From assembly GCA_040755455.1 (NCBI GenBank), contig JBFMAY010000011.1, positions 24,330 through 88,329 on the forward strand: a stretch of DNA of 64,000 bases, read 5' to 3'. Shown one piece after another: positions 51,218-61,391 of this stretch (position 1 is the stretch's first letter; each line of letters starts with the position of its first letter). A program made the translations under genes and the position numbers. This DNA is from Thermodesulfobacteriota bacterium. GTDB taxonomy: Bacteria > Desulfobacterota > Desulfobulbia > Desulfobulbales > SURF-16. Below the pieces are notes generated by a model. It made no database searches. It worked only from the letters and a program-made list of their open reading frames with translations, and was not told the origin of the DNA.

Positions 51218-51538
51218 TCAGCCGGATTGCTCGTCATCTTTCTTCTTCAGCACATCCAGGATTTCCTCCATGTTCAGCCAGCTTTCAATTGAACAGGTGA
51301 AACCGGCAACACCGGCAAATGCATCAAGGCGCTTCTGAATAAATTTCTTTTCTTCAAAAGAGATCTGCTGCTCCGTGAATTTGAAGAAAGAAATGTAGTG
51401 GATGTTTCCCTTCGCATCAATGGAAAAAAAGGGTCCGTGCCTTTTGACCGTTGCCGGCAGCTTGGGAAGCCCGGTGAAAATCTTTATGGTTTCCTTCAAG
51501 CTGCTGCGGGGAAAACTCGCCCTTGCAATCAATATCAT
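51218..51538 (-). CDS. Hypothetical protein
   Basis: 106 aa ORF filling the gap with plausible composition. Confidence 0.55.
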   Translation of the reverse strand: MILIARASFPRSSLKETIKIFTGLPKLPATVKRHGPFFSIDAKGNIHYISFFKFTEQQISFEEKKFIQKRLDAFAGVAGFTCSIESWLNMEEILDVLKKKDDEQSG

Positions 51539-51712
51539 TTGGGTGCCATGCCGAGGATTGAAAAATTCTACATTCTGGCCGCAAAGCCAACACGCTTGAT
51601 ATAGTTTAACCCATCGCCATCCTTATTGACAGCGGCATAATGTCACAGTCGCCGGAGCATCCCTCTTCCCCATGGCCCCGCATCCCGGCCGCATTACATG
51701 AGCAAGGCCGGG

Positions 51713-52192
51713 TTATTCAGGCAAAGATGGCGCAGCCCGGTAGACCACCGCCTTGCGCGAACGCTCAACCAGGTCAACGGCAACCGCAACAGGGGAACCC
51801 TGCTTGACCTCCGCCGCCTTCAGCAGCATCGGCAGGTTAACCCCGGCAATAATCACGCCCTGATCGGCGGTAAGGCACTCGCTGGCCACGGTAAAGCCTG
51901 TGCCGCCAAGCAGATCGGCCAAAACAATGATCCCGCCCCCCCTGTCAACCTGCTTTTTCGCTTGCCGGATCTGTTCCCTGATCAACCGCCGGCGTTCGGC
52001 AAAGGGCGACGGACAATTGCTGTCCATGACATGATGCAGTTCACCCATGAAAGGCACTTTGACCGCAACGAAATTGGCCAGCTTTCTGCCCAGAATGTAT
52101 TCGGCCACCGCCAGGAGTGACTCCCCGATGTCACCATGGGTGATGATGATAAAAGCAAGCTCTCTTTCCGTTTCCTGGGCAGACATCTGCAT
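51713..52192 (-). CDS. PTS IIA, mannose/fructose/sorbose family
   Basis: IIITHG, LADLLGGT, AGVNLPML; start uncertain. Confidence 0.85.
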   Translation of the reverse strand: MQMSAQETERELAFIIITHGDIGESLLAVAEYILGRKLANFVAVKVPFMGELHHVMDSNCPSPFAERRRLIREQIRQAKKQVDRGGGIIVLADLLGGTGFTVASECLTADQGVIIAGVNLPMLLKAAEVKQGSPVAVAVDLVERSRKAVVYRAAPSLPE

Positions 52193-52872
52193 GAAATCAT
52201 TTCCATTGGGAATGGCGGGGGCCTGGGCCACGGCTGCCACCCGGCCGTATTCGTTACAGTGCTCCTGACAGGCCAAACAATATCATACAAATCCCGCATC
52301 GACCACTTTTACTTGCAGGTCGAAATAATCATAATTTTACCAATGACACTGCCGCGCCGAAAGTGGAGAGTAGAGAGATGCCGGCCAAACAGTCAGGGTT
52401 ATCCCAGGCACATACCTGAACGGCATTTTTGCCCCCCTGCGGTGCGGTGGGCAAAATAGGCTTTGACCAGTAGAGCGGTTTATGGAATGATAAAGACTGA
52501 TTCGCCTGCAAAACCGTTGTAGGGGTAAGACCATGCATCACCAGCTGAACGGACCTGCCGGAATACGCCGCCTTCTCTTTGTTTTCTTTCCCGGATGCTG
52601 GCTTGTCGCCACATTTCCTGCCCTAACCGGTATTGCCCGGGGACATCTTTTTTATCGCGAACGACTCCTGCAGTGCCAATGGCTGGCCCCTTTTTTCCCG
52701 ATGAGGATCAGGCAATGCCCCCCAGGATAATCCAGCAATAAAACGTTCTTTCGGCAACCTCTTTTTATTGCATGGAAATTAAACTGTGAAATTACATAAA
52801 AATTGAGTATTATTCGCGGCTGTTTTTTGGTTTGCCCCCCAGCAGCTTCCCTTTTATGCATCGATAAAAATT

Positions 52873-55500
52873 ATGAACAGAGCCAATATCCTCATCAGCA
52901 TTGCCATTGCTGTCATCTGCATCTGTTTCTGGGCCTTTTTCAACCAGCCGGAAACAGAGCCCCCCTGGCCGGAACGCATCCAGGGGTTTTCTTTTTCACC
53001 AATGCGCGAAGGACAGAGCGCCATCGCGCATGTCCTGCCCTCTGAAGAGGAGATTGACGCCGACCTTGCCCTGCTGGCTGACAAAACCCATGCCGTACGC
53101 ACCTATACCATGGAAGGATCACTGGCACAGATCCCGGTCCTGGCCAGCAAGCATGGGCTCAATGTAACCCTCGGGGCCTGGATCGATGCCAACCCGGAAA
53201 AAAACGAGCAGGAGATCGAGAAGCTCATTGCCGTGGCCCGGGAAAACTATCGCAACGTGGTGCGGGTCATCGTCGGCAACGAGGCCATCCTGCGCGGCGA
53301 GATCACTGCCGAGCAACTCGCCGTCTACCTGGACAGGGTAAGGGAGGCGCTGGATATGCCGGTGGGCACGGCCGAACCCTGGCATGTATGGTTCAACAAC
53401 AAGGACCTTGCCAATCACGTCGACTTCGTTGCCGTTCACATGCTGCCCTACTGGGAAGGTGTTGATGTGGAACGGGCGGTTGACTATGTGGTCGATCACG
53501 TCAATCTCCTCAAAGCCTCCTTCCCGGACAAACCGATTATCATCGGCGAGGTTGGCTGGCCCAGCAACGGCCGCACCCGTCATGCGGCTGTTGCCTCTCC
53601 CGCCAACGAGGCCACCTTCCTGCGCCGCTTTCTGGACCGGGCAGTCAAGGAACAGTATGTCTATTACGTGATGGAGGCCTTTGACCAGCCCTGGAAAAAG
53701 GTGTCGGAAGGGGCGGTCGGGGCATACTGGGGGGTGTATGATGTGTACCGGCAGCCCAAATTCGCCTTTTCCGAACCCATTGTTGAAATTCCGGAATGGC
53801 GCCTGCTGGCCGGCATATCCATCGTCATCGCCCTGATCACCTTCTCCTTCCTGCTCATCGACAGCAAGACCCTGAGCAAACGCGGCCGAGGTTTTCTCGC
53901 CACCATAGCCTTTGGCGCGGCCAGCGGGGCGGTGTGGGTTGTCTACAGTTATTTACAGCAGTATCTCAGTCTGACCACCATCCTGGTCGGCCTCCTGATG
54001 ATTGTCGGCATGGTCGGGGTCACGGTGGTGCTGCTGGCCGAGGCCCACGAATGGGCCGAAGCGACCTGGGCGGCGAGCCGGCGCCGCCAGTTCACCCGGA
54101 TTGAGCTCTCGGACGACCAGCTGCCCATGGTTTCCGTGCACGTGCCGGCGTACAATGAACCGCCGGACATGCTCAATGAAACGCTGGACGCCCTGGCCAA
54201 ACTCGACTACCCCCATTACGAAGTGATCGTCATTGATAACAACACCAAGGATCCTGCCGTCTGGCAACCCGTGGAAGCCCATTGCGCCAAGCTTGGCCCC
54301 CGTTTTCGCTTTTTCCACGTCGATCCGCTGGCCGGTTTCAAGGCCGGGGCCTTGAATTTTGCTCTGGCCCGCACCGCACCCGAGGCGGAGGTGGTGGCGG
54401 TCATCGACAGCGACTATATGGTTGCCCCGAACTGGTTGCGGGATCTCACTCCCCAGTTCAGCAACCCCAAAATCGCCATTGTCCAGGCCCCGCAGGATTA
54501 TCGCGACGACAGCGAAAGCCTTTTCAAGGCCATGTGTTATGCCGAGTACCGGGGTTTCTTCTATATCGGCATGGTGACCCGCAATGAGCGTAACGCCATC
54601 ATCCAGCACGGCACCATGACCATGGTGCGCAGATCGGTGCTGGATGAAGTGGGAGGCTGGGCGGAGTGGTGCATCACCGAAGACGCCGAACTGGGTCTGA
54701 AGATATTCGAGAAAGGGTATGAGGCCGCCTACAATGCCGACAGCTACGGAAAAGGGGTGATGCCAGACACCTTTATCGACTTCAAAAAGCAGCGCTTCCG
54801 CTGGGCTTACGGCGCGGTGCAGATCATGCGCTATCATTCCAAGGCCCTGTTCGGCGGCAAGACCAGCCTTTCCTTGGGCCAGCGCTACCATTTCATCGCC
54901 GGCTGGCTTCCCTGGATGGCTGACAGCCTCAACCTGCTGTTCACCCTGGCCGCGGTTTACTGGTCTCTGGCCATGGCATTTTTTCCCAAGGTAGTGGACC
55001 CGCCGCTGGTGATTTTATCGGCCATGCCGCTGACGCTGTTCATTTTCAAGATAGCCAAGATGTTCTATCTCTATCGCAGCCGGGTGAACGCCACCGTGGC
55101 CCAGACCTTTGCCTCGGCCCTGGCCGGGCTCTCCCTGTCCCATACCATCTCCAAGGCCATCATGTCCGGTTTTGTCACCAAGGGTAAACCCTTCTTCCGC
55201 ACCCCGAAAATGGCCAGCGCCCATGCCCTGCTGCGGGCCATGCTGTCAGCCCGCGAGGAATTTCTGATCATGACCGCCCTCTGGTGCGCGGCCTACAGCA
55301 TAAAACATATCCAGGAAGTTGACTCCCCGGATCTGCTGGTATGGATTATTGTTCTGCTGGTGCAATCGATTCCCTATGTGGCGGCTGTGATTGTTTCTCT
55401 GGTAAGCGGCTTTGCCCGGTTGCCGAAAAAACTCATCCAGGATATGACCACCACGCCGGAACTGACTGCCAAGCCGGCAGACCCTGCTCCGGCAAAATGA
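52873..55500 (+). CDS. GH17-GT2 fusion; NdvB-like beta-(1,3)-glucan synthase
   Basis: GH17 motifs IVGNEA and IGEVGWPS; GT2 motifs HVPAYNE, KAGALN, DSD, TED, QRFRW; TM helices. Confidence 0.9.
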   Translation: MNRANILISIAIAVICICFWAFFNQPETEPPWPERIQGFSFSPMREGQSAIAHVLPSEEEIDADLALLADKTHAVRTYTMEGSLAQIPVLASKHGLNVTLGAWIDANPEKNEQEIEKLIAVARENYRNVVRVIVGNEAILRGEITAEQLAVYLDRVREALDMPVGTAEPWHVWFNNKDLANHVDFVAVHMLPYWEGVDVERAVDYVVDHVNLLKASFPDKPIIIGEVGWPSNGRTRHAAVASPANEATFLRRFLDRAVKEQYVYYVMEAFDQPWKKVSEGAVGAYWGVYDVYRQPKFAFSEPIVEIPEWRLLAGISIVIALITFSFLLIDSKTLSKRGRGFLATIAFGAASGAVWVVYSYLQQYLSLTTILVGLLMIVGMVGVTVVLLAEAHEWAEATWAASRRRQFTRIELSDDQLPMVSVHVPAYNEPPDMLNETLDALAKLDYPHYEVIVIDNNTKDPAVWQPVEAHCAKLGPRFRFFHVDPLAGFKAGALNFALARTAPEAEVVAVIDSDYMVAPNWLRDLTPQFSNPKIAIVQAPQDYRDDSESLFKAMCYAEYRGFFYIGMVTRNERNAIIQHGTMTMVRRSVLDEVGGWAEWCITEDAELGLKIFEKGYEAAYNADSYGKGVMPDTFIDFKKQRFRWAYGAVQIMRYHSKALFGGKTSLSLGQRYHFIAGWLPWMADSLNLLFTLAAVYWSLAMAFFPKVVDPPLVILSAMPLTLFIFKIAKMFYLYRSRVNATVAQTFASALAGLSLSHTISKAIMSGFVTKGKPFFRTPKMASAHALLRAMLSAREEFLIMTALWCAAYSIKHIQEVDSPDLLVWIIVLLVQSIPYVAAVIVSLVSGFARLPKKLIQDMTTTPELTAKPADPAPAK

Positions 55501-55585
55501 GCTGCTACCGGCTGGCGGGGGATAGCACACGGGATCAGCGCCACACGGCCCTGATCCCCGCCGGGCTTAAGAGGCGTACCGCTCG

Positions 55586-56488
55586 TTGAAAAAATTTAAA
55601 AAAATCTATATTGAAATCACCAACCACTGCAATCTCTCCTGCAGTTTCTGCCATAAAAGCAACAGACCCCGGGCCTTTATGAGTCCGGCGGCCTTTACCG
55701 GCATTGTCCGGCAGATCCGCGACCATACCGACTATCTTGCCCTGCATGTCCTGGGCGAACCGCTGCTTCACCCCCAGCTGGATCAGCTGCTTGCCGTCTG
55801 CCAGCTCCAGGGACTGCAGGTGAATCTGACCACCAACGGCACCTTGCTGCCGCGGCTTCGTCCCCTGCTGCTTGCCAGCCCGGCGCTCAGACAGATCAAC
55901 ATCTCGCTGCACAGCGTTGCCGACCAGCAGGCCAAAGCCGGCATGAGCATGCAGGATTATCTCACCGGCGTCCTTTCCTTTGTCCGGGAGGCCATCGCCG
56001 CAACGCCCCTGTTTATCAGTCTGCGGCTCTGGAATATGACCAGGGAGCATGACGGCACGGCCAGCCGTCGCAATGATTATATTCTGGCACAGCTCGAAAC
56101 CTTTTTGGACCTGCCTTACCGCATAGCCGACGAAATGACGCCGGGCCAGGGTATCACCCTGGCTCCCAGGGTGTTTCTCAGTCAAAACCAGCGCTTCACC
56201 TGGCCGCATGCCGCGGAAGCCGACCTGGGCAACCGGGGTTTCTGCCGGGGGCTGCGTGATCATGTGGCCATCCTGGTGGACGGCACCGTGGTGCCCTGCT
56301 GTCTCGATGCCGAGGCGGATATCAAGCTGGGTAATATCCATGGACAGCCATTCGGCGAGATCCTGGCCGCTCCCCGCGCTGCCCGGATCCGCCGGGGTTT
56401 TGCCGGCAGACAGGTGGTGGAGCAGCTCTGCCGCCGCTGCTCCTACCGGCAGTTGTTTTCGGTTTCCGCCCCGGTCAGGCCGGAATGA
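55586..56488 (+). CDS. Radical SAM protein with SPASM/twitch domain
   Basis: CNLSCSFC, GEPLLHP, DGTVVPCCLD, CRRC. Confidence 0.9.
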   Translation: MKKFKKIYIEITNHCNLSCSFCHKSNRPRAFMSPAAFTGIVRQIRDHTDYLALHVLGEPLLHPQLDQLLAVCQLQGLQVNLTTNGTLLPRLRPLLLASPALRQINISLHSVADQQAKAGMSMQDYLTGVLSFVREAIAATPLFISLRLWNMTREHDGTASRRNDYILAQLETFLDLPYRIADEMTPGQGITLAPRVFLSQNQRFTWPHAAEADLGNRGFCRGLRDHVAILVDGTVVPCCLDAEADIKLGNIHGQPFGEILAAPRAARIRRGFAGRQVVEQLCRRCSYRQLFSVSAPVRPE

Positions 56489-56617
56489 AAAGGACAAAAT
56501 CTGCTTGGCGCTGGCAGCAGGCGCACTCAAGATCAGCCCGTGCCTGCCGGCCCGGGAGACCATCGCCCCACAGCCCTTAGCCAGAGGGACTTCGAGCTTG
56601 TTGGTCAACCAGCCCTC

Positions 56618-57472
56618 TTAATACCTGCCGGCTGTATAAAATCTGTCATATACCAGGGTGAGAAACAGGGCAAAAACAGCGGCCACCACGCCGATCAGCA
56701 CGTTAAAAAAAGGCGGGGCGGTCAAGGCAAGCCGGATGAGCAGGGTGGCCAGGGCATAGCCCGAGTTGCGGAACACGGCGCGAAATCCGGGCTGGAAGCA
56801 TTGGGAGATCAGCACCAGCAGGATATCGCAGAAAATGAGCACCGTATAAAAATGGTGGAAAAAAGAAAAGGTATCGATGCCGCGGCTCAGCAACCCGGCG
56901 TTATAAATCCCCATGCCGAGAAAAACGACCAGCATGAGCAGCGCCACTATTTTTTTGGAGGCGACAAAGCTGTAGAGGGTGACGCCGGACATGTGTTTAT
57001 CTTCCGTCTTCCTCAGCATTCTGGCATAGACCCCGAGCAGGGCGAAGATAACAATGGCCCCGCCGCCATCGGAAAGGATGCGCCACAGCACATCAATGTG
57101 TCCGGCAATTTCAATGGGTTCGGGTAACAATGTCAGTTCCTTGAAAGAGCTGCGCAGGAAAATGAGCGCCAGGATTTCAAACTGTTTACCCAGGGCCTTG
57201 GAAATGGAACAGGGCAGGGTAAATATGAGACTGACCACCTCCATGATGAGCACCAGGGTAAAGGCCAAGTTGATCGCCATGTAATGGGTCACGGGAATGG
57301 AGGCCGACAGGGGCAGGGGCAGCAGTTGCTGGCGGTTGAGTTCGATTGCCCCCAGGGCGAGCAGAAAGATCAACACCAGGATCCCTGCCACCACCCGCTG
57401 GGTTGTGTTGTTTTCCCAGAAATTGTGCAGGGGGTCAAAAATGCCTGTCGCGCCGTTAAATATCCTGTCCAT
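56618..57472 (-). CDS. Hypothetical polytopic membrane protein
   Basis: About seven or eight hydrophobic segments. Confidence 0.7.
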   Translation of the reverse strand: MDRIFNGATGIFDPLHNFWENNTTQRVVAGILVLIFLLALGAIELNRQQLLPLPLSASIPVTHYMAINLAFTLVLIMEVVSLIFTLPCSISKALGKQFEILALIFLRSSFKELTLLPEPIEIAGHIDVLWRILSDGGGAIVIFALLGVYARMLRKTEDKHMSGVTLYSFVASKKIVALLMLVVFLGMGIYNAGLLSRGIDTFSFFHHFYTVLIFCDILLVLISQCFQPGFRAVFRNSGYALATLLIRLALTAPPFFNVLIGVVAAVFALFLTLVYDRFYTAGRY

Positions 57473-57579
57473 GATACCTACCCTAACTCCTTGCCCATCA
57501 AGAAACTTTAATGTTTTTTTGCGCCTTTCTACCGCCTATCGCCTTGCTATTCCTGCAAATCCCCGGCTGCCGGCCCACC

Positions 57580-58695
57580 CTAATCGACATTGAGAATCAC
57601 GGCAAAGGCGTTAAAGAAGACCCGGACCATGTCGTTTTCCCTGATGCCGAGATTTCTGTCGCTTTCCCGGGTGACGATGGTGCAGAGTTCCGTGCCGTCG
57701 GCAATACGAACGACGAACTCGGTGGTTATTTCCCCTCTGATGATGCGGACAACCCTGCCCTGAAATCTGTTTTCCGCGCTGGTTTCCTGCGGCGCGCTGT
57801 CCCTGGCGATAATCACCCAGGGGGCCTTGACTTCGGCTGTGACGAAAGAATGCGGCTTGAGCCCCAGCCGCCCGAGACTGTCATTGGTGATGACGGTCTG
57901 CAGGGTATCGCCGCCCAGGGTGACCAGTTCCACGCTTGACTGGATATCACCCCGGCTGATGCGGGTAATCCTGCCGAAAAAGGTATTCCGGGCGCTGGTT
58001 TTCCGCCGGCTCTCCTTGTCGAGAAAATGCTGCATGACCGGCCGCATGTCCCTGGCCGAAAAATCCACATAGGCCGCGGTGAGATTGGGGGTGGAATGAC
58101 CGAGGAGCTTCTGCACCACCGGCAGCGGCACATTGCTGCGCAGCAGTTCAATCGCCCGCGAGCGCCTGATGGCGTTCGGGTTGGCGAGATCGGACGGCAG
58201 ACCGCATGCCCTGGCCCGTTCATAAAATTTGCGCCGCACGTGGCCGGGATCAACCTGGAAGAGGGACCCGGAGGATGAGGCCTGGACGGCACGGGCCATG
58301 AAATCATGCAGCTCCGCGCAGATCCGGGCCGGCATCTGCACCTCCCGCCCGCCGTAGCTCGCCCCGTTTTCCGTTCTGCCGAGCCGGATGAGATCATTTT
58401 GCCAGTCGATATCCCGTTGTTCGTTCAAGGTAAGAATTTCATTGAGCCGGCCGCCCGAGTAGCGGATCAGCAGAAAAACAAGCAGAATCCGCCTTCTTGA
58501 GGTGCGGACATCGCTGCGCGCCGACGCATCCACCCATTGGCGGAAGGCCTTTTCCAATTCCGCCAGTTGCCCGGTGTCCAGGCACTTTACCTCTTTGGGC
58601 ACGGAAAAGATTCCCGCCGGGTTGAAACGGCCCCGCAGCGAATCAGCCTCAAATTGTCTCAGCAGATCCTCAACCGGATCAATTCTGTCTTTCAT
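57580..58695 (-). CDS. TunR-family regulator (XerC/D-like DNA-binding domain plus two TOBE domains)
   Basis: SGGRLNE, AIRRS, LLGHS, TAAY; then TSARN..VKAPWV and TSAENRF TOBE repeats. Confidence 0.85.
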   Translation of the reverse strand: MKDRIDPVEDLLRQFEADSLRGRFNPAGIFSVPKEVKCLDTGQLAELEKAFRQWVDASARSDVRTSRRRILLVFLLIRYSGGRLNEILTLNEQRDIDWQNDLIRLGRTENGASYGGREVQMPARICAELHDFMARAVQASSSGSLFQVDPGHVRRKFYERARACGLPSDLANPNAIRRSRAIELLRSNVPLPVVQKLLGHSTPNLTAAYVDFSARDMRPVMQHFLDKESRRKTSARNTFFGRITRISRGDIQSSVELVTLGGDTLQTVITNDSLGRLGLKPHSFVTAEVKAPWVIIARDSAPQETSAENRFQGRVVRIIRGEITTEFVVRIADGTELCTIVTRESDRNLGIRENDMVRVFFNAFAVILNVD

Positions 58696-58878
58696 GTTCT
58701 ATCCCGCATTGTTGGCCATCCATTGCACCGGAGCAAAGCCGGTTACTACAGCTTACACGTCCTGCCTTATAACTGCAATCTTCAATCAGGCCACAATCAA
58801 AACCGGCTGGGCGGTGGAAGGCAAAATTAAAGGGATGGAGAAAAAAATCATTGACAGTACCGCCAAGGATACGGTAGG

Positions 58879-58916
58879 ACTACTGACACGAATATTATAA
58901 TTATGGTGTCTGTAGT
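58879..58916. promoter_or_regulatory. Palindromic operator, probable TunR-family site
   Basis: ACTAC-T-GACAC-GAATATTATAATTATG-GTGTC-T-GTAGT, just downstream of TTGACA (58851-58856). Confidence 0.65.
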
Positions 58917-58954
58917 TCCTGGCTGTCACCCCCACACGCCTCAGGAGGTACCGT

Positions 58955-59914
58955 ATGTATTTTCCCACCGCCGGCATCGAAGTCTCCCCATGGCTGCCGC
59001 CCCTTGTCGCCTTCAGCGTCTCCTTTTTCACCTCCATGGGCGGGGTATCCGGCGCCTTTCTCCTGCTGCCCTTTCAGGTGAGCGTCCTCGGCTTCACAAG
59101 CCCGTCGGTTTCCGCCACCAATCAACTGTACAATATCGTGGCCATCCCCAGCGGGGTCTACCGCTACATCCGGGAGGGCCGCATGGTCTGGCCCCTTACC
59201 TGGGTGGTCATCATCGGCACCTTGCCGGGGGTGTTGATCGGCGCGATGCTGCGCATCAGCTACCTGCCGAACCCGAAGAACTTCAAACTGTTTGCCGGCA
59301 TGGTGCTGCTCTATATCGGCGGCCGGCTGCTGCGCGATCTCGTCAAAAAAAAGCAGGGTCAAGGAGGCAAGGCCTCGGCCGAAGAGCAGTTCCAGAAGGT
59401 GGTGAAGGAGTACCAGCAGCGCAATATCGCCCGCTCCGCATCAGGCAAGGAAGAACTGCCCCGGGTCGCGGTCAGGAAATTTTCCCTGACCCGTATTGTC
59501 TACGAATTCTACGGCCAAACCTTTGATGTCAACGCCATGGGCATCATGGCCCTGAGTTTCATCGTCGGCATTGTCGGCGGCGTCTACGGCATCGGCGGCG
59601 GGGCCATCATCGCCCCGTTTTTCGTCAGCTTCTTCGGCCTGCCGGTTTACACCGTGGCCGGGGCCGCGCTGATGGGCACCTTTGTCACCTCGGTGGCCGG
59701 GGTGGCGTTTTACCAGATCATTGCCCCCTTTCATCCCGGCATGGCCGTTGCCCCGGACTGGCTGCTGGGCTTTCTCTTCGGGGCCGGGGGTTTTGCCGGC
59801 ATGTACTGCGGGGCCAGACTGCAGAAATTCGTGCCGGCCAAGGTAATCAAGTGGATCCTGGTCTTCTGCATCCTGGTGCCGGCGCTCACCTACATCTGGG
59901 GATTTTTTGAGTGA
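58955..59914 (+). CDS. TSUP (TauE/SafE) family anion transporter
   Basis: MGGVSGAFLLLP and YGIGGGAIIAP repeats; AGGAGG RBS. Confidence 0.9.
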   Translation: MYFPTAGIEVSPWLPPLVAFSVSFFTSMGGVSGAFLLLPFQVSVLGFTSPSVSATNQLYNIVAIPSGVYRYIREGRMVWPLTWVVIIGTLPGVLIGAMLRISYLPNPKNFKLFAGMVLLYIGGRLLRDLVKKKQGQGGKASAEEQFQKVVKEYQQRNIARSASGKEELPRVAVRKFSLTRIVYEFYGQTFDVNAMGIMALSFIVGIVGGVYGIGGGAIIAPFFVSFFGLPVYTVAGAALMGTFVTSVAGVAFYQIIAPFHPGMAVAPDWLLGFLFGAGGFAGMYCGARLQKFVPAKVIKWILVFCILVPALTYIWGFFE

Positions 59915-59997
59915 GAGGTGAGGAGGTAAAAGGCAAGCGTAACAAAAATTTTGCGTGGCATCCCGCGGCAGGAGCGGGCCACCTCCTCACTTCTCAC
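59911..59997. repeat. Inverted heptamer-type repeat between convergent genes, enclosing a REP fragment
   Basis: GTGAGAGGTGAGGAGGT and ACCTCCTCACTTCTCAC are 16/17 complementary; GCAGGAGCGGGCCA at 59968-59981. Confidence 0.7.
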
Positions 59998-60000
59998 TTT

Positions 60001-61281
60001 TCAAAATTCCACAGCCACCTGCATGGTGGCGGAATCGGCATCATTGCCCGTGCCGCCGTCTGAGATGTCATAGTCCTCATCATGCAGATATTCCAGGGCA
60101 AGGCTGGTGTTTTGCAGAACAAACATTCTAAACGCCGCGCCAAAACGGTTCTCGGGCAGCTCTAAGTCTCTGGCCTCGTCGGTTCCCTGCCAGGCCAGCG
60201 AGAAAATCGTCTCCCGGTCCAGCAGTTCAAAGGTCAGGCCCGCTTCAAGACTCCAGGCCTCCGGCTCGGCGCCTGAACCGGCAAAGGCCATTTCATCAGC
60301 CTGAAACGCATCGAGCGCCCTGACATATTCGGCGATAAAATCAAAGGGGCCGTACTGGAAAAGCATATGGGCGGCCAGACCCTGCACATAATCATCCATC
60401 TCGCTTGCGCCGGTATTGTCCTCCAGATAATCGCCAAGTCCGTCGCTATCGCCGATGTTGTTCAACCAATCAAGGGCCACATTCACTGAGGCCCCCTCAC
60501 TTTCATGGGCATAGCCCAGGCTGGCGCCCCAGGCGTCAATCTGGTCGTCCTCGCCCACTTCGCTGAGATCACCGTTAAAGGCATAAAGCGACCCGTAAAA
60601 ACCAGAGGCCTCAAAGCCGGCCAGTACGGCGGAATCATTGATCTCGCCGATCTCCAGCGGCAGGGTGTCGGCGATCATGTTGCTGGCATAGGAGCCAAAG
60701 GGCAGATACATCTTGCCCAGGGTGAGAAAAACCGGGAAGGCGTCCGGTTTGCCGAAGGTGACCGTCCCCTCATCGACGAGCAGATGATCATCCTCCTCGC
60801 CCTCCTCGTAGAGCAGCAGAAGATGGGCCTGGGACCAGTCGGAAATCCGGGCGTCCAAGCCCACTTCAACCGTGGCCAGGGTGATGTCGCTGGTGTCATC
60901 GCCGGCAAAATCCTCGGCACTGGTGGCCTCCACCTCAACCAGGCCGCTTAACTCGACATGATCATTGATACTCTGCAGCAAGGATGGCGCACCGGCGGCG
61001 GCCGTTGCCTGCTGCGGACTCTCAAGGGTGCCTGCAGCCTGCTCCAGGGGCTGCTCGACGCTGCCCTTCTCCCGGCGGATATCCGTATTTTCCGCCAGGC
61101 CCTGCGCCGGCTGCTCCCGGCCGACCAGCATTTGCTCCAGTTCGACCACCCGCTCAAGCAGCAGCTGGTTCTGCCGGGCCAGCTCCTCCACCTTTTTTTC
61201 CAGGGTGGTGCTGTCGGCGGCCCAGCCGGTGGACACACTGGCCAATAAGCCCACTGCCGCGATACTGATGCTTTGCTTCAT
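60001..61281 (-). CDS. LbtU-family outer-membrane porin
   Basis: Signal peptide, coiled coil, LSGLVEVE, GKMYLPFG, LEYLHD, C-terminal AVEF. Confidence 0.8.
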   Translation of the reverse strand: MKQSISIAAVGLLASVSTGWAADSTTLEKKVEELARQNQLLLERVVELEQMLVGREQPAQGLAENTDIRREKGSVEQPLEQAAGTLESPQQATAAAGAPSLLQSINDHVELSGLVEVEATSAEDFAGDDTSDITLATVEVGLDARISDWSQAHLLLLYEEGEEDDHLLVDEGTVTFGKPDAFPVFLTLGKMYLPFGSYASNMIADTLPLEIGEINDSAVLAGFEASGFYGSLYAFNGDLSEVGEDDQIDAWGASLGYAHESEGASVNVALDWLNNIGDSDGLGDYLEDNTGASEMDDYVQGLAAHMLFQYGPFDFIAEYVRALDAFQADEMAFAGSGAEPEAWSLEAGLTFELLDRETIFSLAWQGTDEARDLELPENRFGAAFRMFVLQNTSLALEYLHDEDYDISDGGTGNDADSATMQVAVEF

Positions 61282-61391
61282 TTCCCTTTCTCCCCTAAAT
61301 TCAATCATATTTTTACACGCAATGGCGCAATAGTTTACGCTCACAGACTGACCGCACCTTTTTTTACTTGCGCGCAGCACAAAAAACCATC

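Noticed and set aside
57580..58695. Integrase of a mobile element
   Set aside because: TOBE fusion and divergent TSUP gene fit a TunR-type regulator; no att sites or cargo.
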